A DNA stretch of 31,283 nt from a virus (Duplodnaviria > Caudoviricetes): positions 1 to 31,283 of the IMG/VR virus record IMGVR_UViG_3300021959_006312; one strand, 5' to 3'. Numbering within the stretch: the first letter of the stretch is position 1; every line of letters begins with the position of its first letter. The notes under the pieces are model-generated. The model ran no database searches. It had not been told where the DNA came from and saw nothing but the letters and a program-made list of their open reading frames with translations. Made by a program: the position numbers and the translations under genes. Below are positions 25,611-31,283 of this stretch, piece by piece.

Positions 25611-25626
25611 TGTTTCACGTGAAACA
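25611..25626. other. parS site (ParB-loading palindrome)
   Basis: TGTTTCACGTGAAACA, an exact match to the bacterial chromosomal parS consensus. Confidence 0.8.
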
Positions 25627-25630
25627 CTCC

Positions 25631-25678
25631 CGCCAAAAATTTCCTGAAAAAAGGGTTGCTTTTCAGAAATTTTTGGCG
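25631..25678. repeat. 19-bp inverted repeat / hairpin
   Basis: CGCCAAAAATTTC(C)TGAAAA ... TTTTCAGAAATTTTTGGCG. The right arm recurs near 25788. Confidence 0.8.
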
Positions 25679-25810
25679 CCCTAGCGCCAGTGCGAGAGTG
25701 AAGTATCTAACCTATGTGGCGCAGAAACGATAAAAAACGTGTGCGAGTTTTTCAGTAGTCTATTTTAGGCTCCGGGCTGGTTTATATGAAATTTTTGGCG
25801 CGGGCGCGCC

Positions 25811-25839
25811 AGTATAAAGCCTAGAAGTAAAAAAGTCAA
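25811..25839 (-). promoter_or_regulatory. Leftward sigma70 promoter with no downstream ORF
   Basis: TTGACT-17-TATACT followed by GGCGCGCCCGCGCC. Confidence 0.7.
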
Positions 25840-25896
25840 GGAGTTTTTAACTGTTAGCGCAAATTTTTTTAAAAGGCATAGTCTCTGACGGCGCCG

Positions 25897-25925
25897 ATTA
25901 TAGTGCCAAAACGATGCCGTGTCAA
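25897..25925 (-). promoter_or_regulatory. Leftward sigma70 promoter with no downstream ORF
   Basis: Perfect TTGACA-17-TATAAT followed by CGGCGCCG. Confidence 0.8.
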
Positions 25926-25983
25926 GTCTTTTTTACCACCCAGGCATGAAAAAATTTATATAGGTCTTCCACCAAAAAAGTTG

Positions 25984-26012
25984 TTGACATACTTTCCTTC
26001 GGCCTGTATAAT
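25984..26012 (+). promoter_or_regulatory. Sigma70 promoter
   Basis: TTGACA-17-TATAAT with an upstream A-tract. Confidence 0.85.
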
Positions 26013-26058
26013 ACTCCCATCAAGACAGACAACCGACAAACAATTTGAGGAAAAAGAT

Positions 26059-26367
26059 ATGACTGCTTACACAGACAAGATGGTATCCGACATGACTTCC
26101 GCTGGCTCCTTTACTTATGAGACCGCGTCGGAGTTCGCCAACGCACACAGCCTTTCAGTGCGAAGCGTAATTTCAAAAGTTAAAAACTTAGGCCTACCTT
26201 ACACGCCCAAGCCTATTACAAAAAGCTCGGCGGGGCCTCGCATTACCAAGGCAGACATTGTGCTGCTTATCGCAGACGCTGCAGGGGCAAGCCCCGTAGC
26301 CTTGGCGGGGCTTGACAAAGCCGACGTTCGCTCTCTTCGAGCACTGCTTGCAGCTCTTCCGAGCTAA
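26059..26367 (+). CDS. T5 A2/D3-family DNA-binding protein, copy 2
   Basis: 102 aa from MTAYT, GAGG RBS. About 65% identical to 23197-23502 by manual ungapped count. Confidence 0.65.
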   Translation: MTAYTDKMVSDMTSAGSFTYETASEFANAHSLSVRSVISKVKNLGLPYTPKPITKSSAGPRITKADIVLLIADAAGASPVALAGLDKADVRSLRALLAALPS

Positions 26368-26382
26368 TCGCAGTTTTAAACC

Positions 26383-26409
26383 AAAAAGCCCCGCTTAGGG
26401 GCTTTTTTT
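26383..26409 (+). terminator. Intrinsic terminator
   Basis: AAAAAGCCCC-GCTTA-GGGGCTTTTTTT. Confidence 0.88.
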
Positions 26410-26517
26410 ATGGAAAAATTTAATAGATAGGGGAAAATTTTACTTGATTTTGGCAGCTCGCGAGCCCGCCCCGGATAAAAATCGTACAAATTTATTGAAG
26501 TTCACGGTAAAAATAAT

Positions 26518-26546
26518 TTGACAAGAAGAGCTCAAGGTGGTATAAT
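26518..26546 (+). promoter_or_regulatory. Early sigma70 promoter
   Basis: TTGACA-17-TATAAT with extended TG and UP element. Confidence 0.85.
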
Positions 26547-26570
26547 ATGTACATTAAATAGGAGACAAAT

Positions 26571-26909
26571 ATGCAATATGTAAATGTATACGAAACGTAC
26601 CAATGCTATGGCGGCCCTGAAGAAGGCGGCTGGTGGTTTATGGCGGGTGAGCTAGTAGAATGCTTAGGCCCAATGTCTAAAGTTGAGGCCGAAGCTGCTG
26701 CTAAGGCTATCCGCAAGGGCGACGAGTGCAAAGTAAAGTCAGAGTACCTTATGGGCTATAACTCTACTGATGGAAAGGATCCTGATGGTGTTCCAGACGA
26801 CGACTATATTATGGTCGGTGGCGCATGGGGATATGTAGATCTACAGGTTCTTGTTCGAGACGAAGTAGGTGTAGAGTACTTTCCTAAAGAACGTCCGAGG
26901 TATGAATAA
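26571..26909 (+). CDS. Phage hypothetical protein with YGGPEEGGWW motif
   Basis: 112 aa, AGGAG RBS, C-terminal FPKERPRYE. Confidence 0.75.
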   Translation: MQYVNVYETYQCYGGPEEGGWWFMAGELVECLGPMSKVEAEAAAKAIRKGDECKVKSEYLMGYNSTDGKDPDGVPDDDYIMVGGAWGYVDLQVLVRDEVGVEYFPKERPRYE

Positions 26910-27106
26910 TGATTGTAACCTTTGACATAGCAAACGGCGGCTTCGAGTTCTTCACAGAACGACAGTGGCAAACACGTTTAGACGAGTGGTGTGAGCAGTT
27001 GCTTAACGACGGTTACGAGTTTGCCCTAGACATGGACGCAGAAGAGATAGTTGACTGCATGTACGGTGAGGAACTTTTCTTTGATAAGGTTCCGAAACTA
27101 GTATGA
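26909..27106 (+). CDS. Hypothetical acidic protein
   Basis: 65 aa, TAATG coupling. Confidence 0.7.
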   Translation: MIVTFDIANGGFEFFTERQWQTRLDEWCEQLLNDGYEFALDMDAEEIVDCMYGEELFFDKVPKLV

Positions 27107-27279
27107 GCCGAGCATTAGAATTAAGATATAAATTTAGAAAACTCTCGGAAGAATACAGTGACCAGTATATGTTCCGAGAGTTATTGGCGTATTTGACAGA
27201 AAACCAGTTGGAGACTTATTATGAAGAATTTAATAGATTACATCCAGGGCCTTATGACAAAGATGGAAATGAGCTCTGA
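27103..27279 (+). CDS. Hypothetical protein (58 aa)
   Basis: MSRALELRYKF...DKDGNEL, ATGA overlap with the previous stop. Below the ORF-track cutoff. Confidence 0.55.
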   Translation: MSRALELRYKFRKLSEEYSDQYMFRELLAYLTENQLETYYEEFNRLHPGPYDKDGNEL

Positions 27280-27364
27280 TTACAGTTTAAGAATAATGTT
27301 TTGGAAGGGAATGCTTACGGGCTACCTGCTAGGCATTTTTCTGATGTTATTGATCATAAGCTAA
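27221..27364 (+). CDS. Small membrane protein (47 aa)
   Basis: GGAG RBS, MKNLIDY...GMLTGYLLGIFLMLLIIS. Confidence 0.5.
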   Translation: MKNLIDYIQGLMTKMEMSSDYSLRIMFWKGMLTGYLLGIFLMLLIIS

Positions 27365-27395
27365 AGTAGTAAGATGAAGTAGTATTTTTATTCGT

Positions 27396-27815
27396 GTGTT
27401 TAATTTGGAGTATTTTGTGAGAAAGATGGAAATCGCTAGAGGCGTTATTAATATGGTAGAGCAGTACTTTAACCTTGACGTAGACGTTACAGTTCGTCCT
27501 ACAAAAGAGTGCTTGCCTGAAGATAATGCGTACTGCGTGACAATTGGTGAAGGAACGTATGAGATTGAACTTCACCCAGAATTCCTAAAAACCTGCACTG
27601 AGGAAGACTTAGTGCAGATTATGGCTCACGAAATGGTTCATGTTAAGCAACATGAGCTGGAAGGATTAGAGCTAGGAGTTAATCGTCACTCGTACCAAGG
27701 TATTTGGTATGACCCAGAGGATGACTATTGGTTTTCCCCTTGGGAGATAGAAGCGAGAGGTTATGAGCGTGCATTTCTAGCATTTTGGAACAATAATTGG
27801 GAGAAATTTATATGA
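27396..27815 (+). CDS. Zincin-type metallopeptidase-like protein
   Basis: AHEMVH (HExxH) plus downstream PWEIEA. Start codon uncertain. Confidence 0.75.
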   Translation: MFNLEYFVRKMEIARGVINMVEQYFNLDVDVTVRPTKECLPEDNAYCVTIGEGTYEIELHPEFLKTCTEEDLVQIMAHEMVHVKQHELEGLELGVNRHSYQGIWYDPEDDYWFSPWEIEARGYERAFLAFWNNNWEKFI

Positions 27816-28045
27816 ATGAAGTAGAACAGTTGAAAGCTGAAATTGCTCGATTAAAAGAAGAGCATGGTGAAGATAAACTTACTATTGGTTTTGGTAACAA
27901 AGGCAATATTAAAGTAGGTGGCAAAGCCCTTGGACAGAGGTTTCCTGTAACTCTATATGCTAACTCTTGGTTGAAAGTACTTGACCAAGCTGAAGATATT
28001 CGTCAGTTTATAGAGGACAACCGTGACCGTCTGGACTGGAAATGA
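27812..28045 (+). CDS. Hypothetical protein (coiled coil plus RFPVTLY motif)
   Basis: GGAG RBS, ATGA overlap. Confidence 0.7.
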   Translation: MNEVEQLKAEIARLKEEHGEDKLTIGFGNKGNIKVGGKALGQRFPVTLYANSWLKVLDQAEDIRQFIEDNRDRLDWK

Positions 28046-28293
28046 TCAGAATCACGGAACGAGGGACGAAAGGATATCCGGGCTATTGGAACTATAGAAT
28101 AGTAAAATGCGGCAGTACTTATGCGATACATGAATGCCACTATCAAGGAGACGGTAGCCTGTACGCTGTAAGTGCTGTACCGGCACAAATCAGAGAAGAG
28201 TCAATGGAAGATGTAAAGTGGATAATCCACCACATGGAAGCAAACCTTTCTCTACCCGCAATAGAATACTCAACGTTAGAGGAGATTATATGA
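28042..28293 (+). CDS. Phage hypothetical protein (WNYRIV...IHECHY)
   Basis: 83 aa, coupled ORF. Confidence 0.7.
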   Translation: MIRITERGTKGYPGYWNYRIVKCGSTYAIHECHYQGDGSLYAVSAVPAQIREESMEDVKWIIHHMEANLSLPAIEYSTLEEII

Positions 28294-28379
28294 AGTTTGA
28301 AAAGAGAGGAATACTGGATATTATAATTATTCTTATAATATGTTTAATAGCCTTCGAAGTAGGAGCACCTACATGTTAA
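28290..28379 (+). CDS. 29-aa hydrophobic peptide
   Basis: GAGGAG RBS, ATGA overlap, MKFEKRGILDIIIILIICLIAFEVGAPTC. Confidence 0.45.
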   Translation: MKFEKRGILDIIIILIICLIAFEVGAPTC

Positions 28380-28600
28380 GAAAAGTTTTTTTGGATATAA
28401 TGCCCGATGGAAAACTATATGGGTTTCCCAAGGCAATCCCCGAGCACCTTATTACTTGGTATGGTGGGAATGATTATGGGCTGTCGCCTGAGGTGCGTAA
28501 GTGGGCAAGCGAAGTAGAAGGATACCCTAAAGTGAACGGTAAGAATGTGAGCTTCTGTCACTACATAGAAGACTACAGAGGTTTAGAGAATGAAGACTAA
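28373..28600 (+). CDS. Hypothetical protein (YGFPK motif)
   Basis: AGGAG RBS before MLRKV. Confidence 0.65.
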   Translation: MLRKVFLDIMPDGKLYGFPKAIPEHLITWYGGNDYGLSPEVRKWASEVEGYPKVNGKNVSFCHYIEDYRGLENED

Positions 28601-28805
28601 AGTGTTTGTGGTAACGGATAATTCCTCGGGAAAGGTTTCAGGAGTTTATTCTAGTTTTGAAGTAGCTTTAAAAATGTCTAAAGCATTTCAAGGCGTAAGA
28701 GGAGAGTCCCACACGATACAGCCTACGGATTTTGACTTCATTGATTGGGACATTATTGTAGGGCACATCGAGAAAAAAGTTCTTGACAGAGTGAGGTCAT
28801 CGTAG
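28590..28805 (+). CDS. Hypothetical protein
   Basis: 71 aa, GAGG RBS. Confidence 0.65.
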   Translation: MKTKVFVVTDNSSGKVSGVYSSFEVALKMSKAFQGVRGESHTIQPTDFDFIDWDIIVGHIEKKVLDRVRSS

Positions 28806-28811
28806 TATAAT
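28783..28811 (+). promoter_or_regulatory. Sigma70 promoter, leaderless transcript
   Basis: TTGACA-17-TATAAT. The ATG at 28819 follows 7 nt later. Confidence 0.8.
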
Positions 28812-28818
28812 GGCTAAT

Positions 28819-29037
28819 ATGACTGTGATTGAATTTCCCGAAAGCCCTCGACTAAAGCGACTAAAAGAAATACTTGAGGTTGCTACCCAGAGAACAGAAC
28901 AAGCGAACAAGATCCACGAGGAAATTCAAGCTCTCATGTTCGAGTATGATGTGCTTCAGCTAGAAATGGCTCCATATGAAGTAACAAAACTCGCTAAACA
29001 CTTTCGATTACCTGAACAACTGGAGTTTATTTTCTAA
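28819..29037 (+). CDS. Hypothetical coiled-coil protein
   Basis: The ORF-track start at 28810 lies inside the -10 box, so the second Met is preferred. Confidence 0.6.
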   Translation: MTVIEFPESPRLKRLKEILEVATQRTEQANKIHEEIQALMFEYDVLQLEMAPYEVTKLAKHFRLPEQLEFIF

Positions 29038-29339
29038 TGTACACCAAAGAAGAAGAGAATTATCTGTTAGAAGTCTACAGCGGGGCCGAGGACAAGCAGT
29101 TCGTCATCGACGAATTGGCTGGCCAGCTTCATAAATCCCGACGTAGCATCATCGGTAAACTTTCGCGTCTGGGAGTTTATGAAAAGAAGATTTACCTTAC
29201 AAAACGAGGTGAAGCACCCACAACAAAACTAGAAATAGTTCATCAACTCAGTGAGAAGAATGGTTGGGCTCTTGAGAAACTGGAAGGACTTGAAAAAGCC
29301 CCGAAGGAAGTTCTGAAGTATATGCTCGACGATGCTTGA
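29037..29339 (+). CDS. T5 D3/A2-family DNA-binding protein, third paralogue
   Basis: YT.EE...KSRRSIIGKLSRLGVY...TKLEIV..L...LEGLEKAPKEVL parallels the two pre-early copies. Confidence 0.65.
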   Translation: MYTKEEENYLLEVYSGAEDKQFVIDELAGQLHKSRRSIIGKLSRLGVYEKKIYLTKRGEAPTTKLEIVHQLSEKNGWALEKLEGLEKAPKEVLKYMLDDA

Positions 29340-29691
29340 GGTTCTATGTGTAGCTCTGGCCGTCTACTTTGAGAGTAGGGGTGAACCTCTAGAAGGACAA
29401 CAAGCAGTGGCTTCTGTAGTGTGGAATCGTCGCAATGACCCACGCTGGCCAAATCATACCTGTGAAGTAGTTGCTGAGAGTGGTCAGTTTGAAAGCTGGC
29501 CTCTTATCAGACAGCAACTACCGCTCTCAGCTCTTGGAATACCACATAACCCCGCAATGCGAGTAGCACTGTCGGCGGCATCATATACAGCAGAAGAACC
29601 CACAACAAAAGCGTTGTTTTTCGCTCAACCGGGGCTTCTAAAGTATAAATATCTAGAGACTATAGGAAACCACGACTTTTATATACCATAG
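29332..29691 (+). CDS. Cell wall hydrolase, SleB/CwlJ (Hydrolase_2) family
   Basis: CVALAVYFESRGEPLEGQQAVASVVWNR...P..TCEVV...GQF...IGNHDFY. Confidence 0.9.
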   Translation: MLEVLCVALAVYFESRGEPLEGQQAVASVVWNRRNDPRWPNHTCEVVAESGQFESWPLIRQQLPLSALGIPHNPAMRVALSAASYTAEEPTTKALFFAQPGLLKYKYLETIGNHDFYIP

Positions 29692-29826
29692 CCGCCGCCG
29701 CGGGGCCGTCCACCTGTTCGGCTAGTGCAAACTTTCCCCTTCCAAAGATAAGTTTATCAAAATTTATTCTTAGCAGAGTGAGGTTATTACAGGCAAAAAA
29801 GGGGCAGGTAAATAAAAAGGCTTTGT

Positions 29827-30086
29827 AGATTTTAAGTCGGTAGACCACAATCAGTCATCCGCTTAATCCCGAAACAGGGACTTTCGTAATTGATTCGTTC
29901 CCGTGGGGATACAGTCACGTTCTTAGGTTGAACACGGTATGACAAAGTAACACTTCCTTTCGGGACACTCCTTTAATCCGTGTCCCGAACCAGTGTCTCT
30001 GTCATCGTTACATAATCTCGTAACTGTTTGATTTAGATAGGTAATGTTGTAAGTTACTGCGCGGTCTGACTTTGTTGCCAAAATCT
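29827..30086 (-). ncRNA. Candidate ~260-nt structured non-coding RNA
   Basis: Own promoter, 5'/3' end pairing in four helices, a 67-nt internal hairpin, no convincing ORF. Confidence 0.6.
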
Positions 30087-30092
30087 TTATAT

Positions 30093-30122
30093 ATAATAGC
30101 ATACTGACTAGATGAATGTCAA
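30093..30122 (-). promoter_or_regulatory. Sigma70 promoter for the candidate ncRNA
   Basis: TTGACA-18-TATTAT with extended TG and an A-tract upstream. Confidence 0.65.
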
Positions 30123-30129
30123 GATTTTT

Positions 30130-30594
30130 TTATGCCCAAGGGATGGGCCTATCAGCTATACCTAGTATTTTTTTATCCCAAAAGTTGATAGTAAGAGAAT
30201 TACGGACTCCAGAGAATACTTCAGAGACTGCGTGTAATTCTGTGACATCAAAGGATACGAAACGATTGTGAACAGGCTCAATGTTCCAAGGAAGTAGTAA
30301 ACCGCCTTCAACGGGGCCATCGAGAATGTAGAGAACTCCACCACCAAGAGGAAGATGACCGTCTAAACAATCATCATCTCGATGCCAGAAAAGGGAAACG
30401 TTGCCCGCGGATGCTAGATCTTCTATAGTATCCTTAGGCGAGAGGGACGTACACCACCATTCTATCCCAATAGTTTCTGCAAGATCTCCACAGACAGTTG
30501 AAGGGGAAAAGGGGAATGGCTCTGACCAATAACTTCGATTATCCTGAAAGTCAAGATCAGGTATGGTTTCTAAAAAGTTATCGGTTATGATCAA
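30130..30594 (-). CDS. 2OG-Fe(II) oxygenase (prolyl-4-hydroxylase-like)
   Basis: WHRD (HxD), EGGLL, NRFVSF...LHAV, and RNS (RxS) 2OG-binding motif. The TTG start at 30594 is inferred from its overlap with the upstream stop; the ORF is open to 30636. Confidence 0.8.
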   Translation of the reverse strand: MIITDNFLETIPDLDFQDNRSYWSEPFPFSPSTVCGDLAETIGIEWWCTSLSPKDTIEDLASAGNVSLFWHRDDDCLDGHLPLGGGVLYILDGPVEGGLLLPWNIEPVHNRFVSFDVTELHAVSEVFSGVRNSLTINFWDKKILGIADRPIPWA

Positions 30595-30758
30595 ATATCT
30601 GTCCAGACTTCGAAAGCAATAGACAGAAAGAGCCAACTGAAGATAATACCATAGTCATCTGTTAGTATATCTTCGTTATGGTATAGAGCGAGAGACGGAA
30701 GAACATGAAATAGTCCTTCTGACCTCCAAGTGTTTTGAACTGTATTGTTAAATTGCAT
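30591..30758 (-). CDS. Hypothetical protein (55 aa)
   Basis: AGGAG RBS before MQFNN. The longer ORF-track version overlaps tRNA-Asp. Confidence 0.6.
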   Translation of the reverse strand: MQFNNTVQNTWRSEGLFHVLPSLALYHNEDILTDDYGIIFSWLFLSIAFEVWTDI

Positions 30759-30778
30759 ATTAAAACTCCTTTTAAATT

Positions 30779-30855
30779 TGGCGGAATGAATGGGACTTGA
30801 ACCCACAACCTCTGCCGTGACAGGGCAGCGTTCTAACCAATTGAACTACCACTCC
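30779..30855 (-). tRNA. trnD: tRNA-Asp(GTC)
   Basis: Cloverleaf GGAGTGG...CTGCC-CTGTCAC-GGCAG...GGTTCAAGTCC...CATTCC-GCCA. Confidence 0.95.
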
Positions 30856-30861
30856 AAAAAT

Positions 30862-30945
30862 TGGTGGAAGGGGTTGGATTTGAACCAACGAACCCCGAGG
30901 ATCAGATTTACAGTCTGACAGCTTTAACCGCTTGCATACCCTTCC
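30862..30945 (-). tRNA. trnY: tRNA-Tyr(GTA)
   Basis: GGAAGGG...TCAGA-CTGTAAA-TCTGA, long variable arm, GTTCAAATC, ACCA end. Confidence 0.93.
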
Positions 30946-30955
30946 TACTTAAATT

Positions 30956-31033
30956 TGGTGGAAGAGGTTGGAGTTTAACCAACTGACCCTTACAGAATAT
31001 CGGGTCCTACGCACACATTTAGCGTACTCTTCC
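30956..31033 (-). ncRNA. tRNA-like RNA with non-canonical anticodon arm
   Basis: Acceptor stem GGAAGAG/CTCTTCC plus ACCA, T stem GTTGG/CCAAC, 12-nt loop in the GACCC/GGGTC arm, no variable loop. Confidence 0.7.
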
Positions 31034-31048
31034 TAAATCTACTTAAAA

Positions 31049-31272
31049 AAGCACACTAAGAGCTAGGTCGGGCACCAGTTTTACTAGCTTTATCTCACTA
31101 TACCCTAGACAGCTACCTAGGTCTATCGAGTCCCTGTTAATAAAGACATCAGTGGAGGCGTTCTCTCTGCAGAAAGTACCGAGCTGATCATAATGTCTTT
31201 ATAAAGATATAAGTGGCCTAGTGGGAGCTGTGTTGTGCGCCCACTACCTAATACCTTATTCTTAGTGTGCTT
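31049..31272 (-). ncRNA. Candidate structured RNA enclosed by a 13-bp terminal stem
   Basis: AAGCACACTAAGA/TCTTAGTGTGCTT ends with several nested hairpins. Strand inferred from the adjacent tRNAs. Confidence 0.5.
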
Positions 31273-31283
31273 ATTTAAATAGG

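Noticed and set aside
23098-26058. N-terminal extensions in the ORF track for the A2-like genes (starts 23098 and 25903)
   Set aside because: The extensions span the promoters. RBS position and paralogue alignment support starts at 23197 and 26059.
29660-29848. 62-aa - strand ORF
   Set aside because: No clear RBS, overlaps the RNA closing stem and the convergent hydrolase end, no recognisable motif.
29827-30086. Retron msr-msd, tmRNA or 6S RNA identity for the structured RNA
   Set aside because: No reverse transcriptase in the window, no tRNA-like ends or tag peptide, and it appears branched and longer than a 6S rod. Left unassigned.

Overview
This window reads as part of a lytic T5-like (Demerecviridae-type) siphophage genome, probably of an aquatic Gram-negative host (inference). 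1-19.0 kb (- strand) is a T5-syntenic late morphogenesis module: TerS, TerL, HNH, portal, protease fused to major capsid, head completion, tail completion, tail terminator, two paralogous tail-tube proteins, baseplate tube, tail chaperones, tape measure and Dit. At 19.1-22.7 kb, where T5 carries its receptor-binding/receptor-blocking genes, there are three secreted outer-membrane beta-barrel genes: a small OMP, a full TonB-dependent transporter and a TorF/Gcw_chp-type porin. The cassette is headed by a Pho-box-like array of four 11-bp repeats, and two of its genes share an identical 22-bp leader element. 22.7-26.4 kb (+ strand) looks like a compact pre-early/terminal-repeat region with two A2-like DNA-binding paralogues, a HAD phosphatase, a DEDDh exonuclease and a polyphosphate kinase 2. 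It ends in a non-coding block with a perfect parS site, a Fur-box-like palindrome, repeats and two ORF-less leftward promoters. 26.5-29.7 kb holds small early genes. The right end has a promoter-driven ~260-nt structured RNA candidate, a 2OG-Fe(II) oxygenase, tRNA-Asp, tRNA-Tyr, a Tyr-derived tRNA-like RNA and a second structured RNA candidate. The best candidate for a new system is phage-driven, possibly phosphate-regulated outer-membrane uptake linked to pre-early polyphosphate/nucleotide mobilisation. All assignments come from motif reading and synteny by eye; no searches were run.
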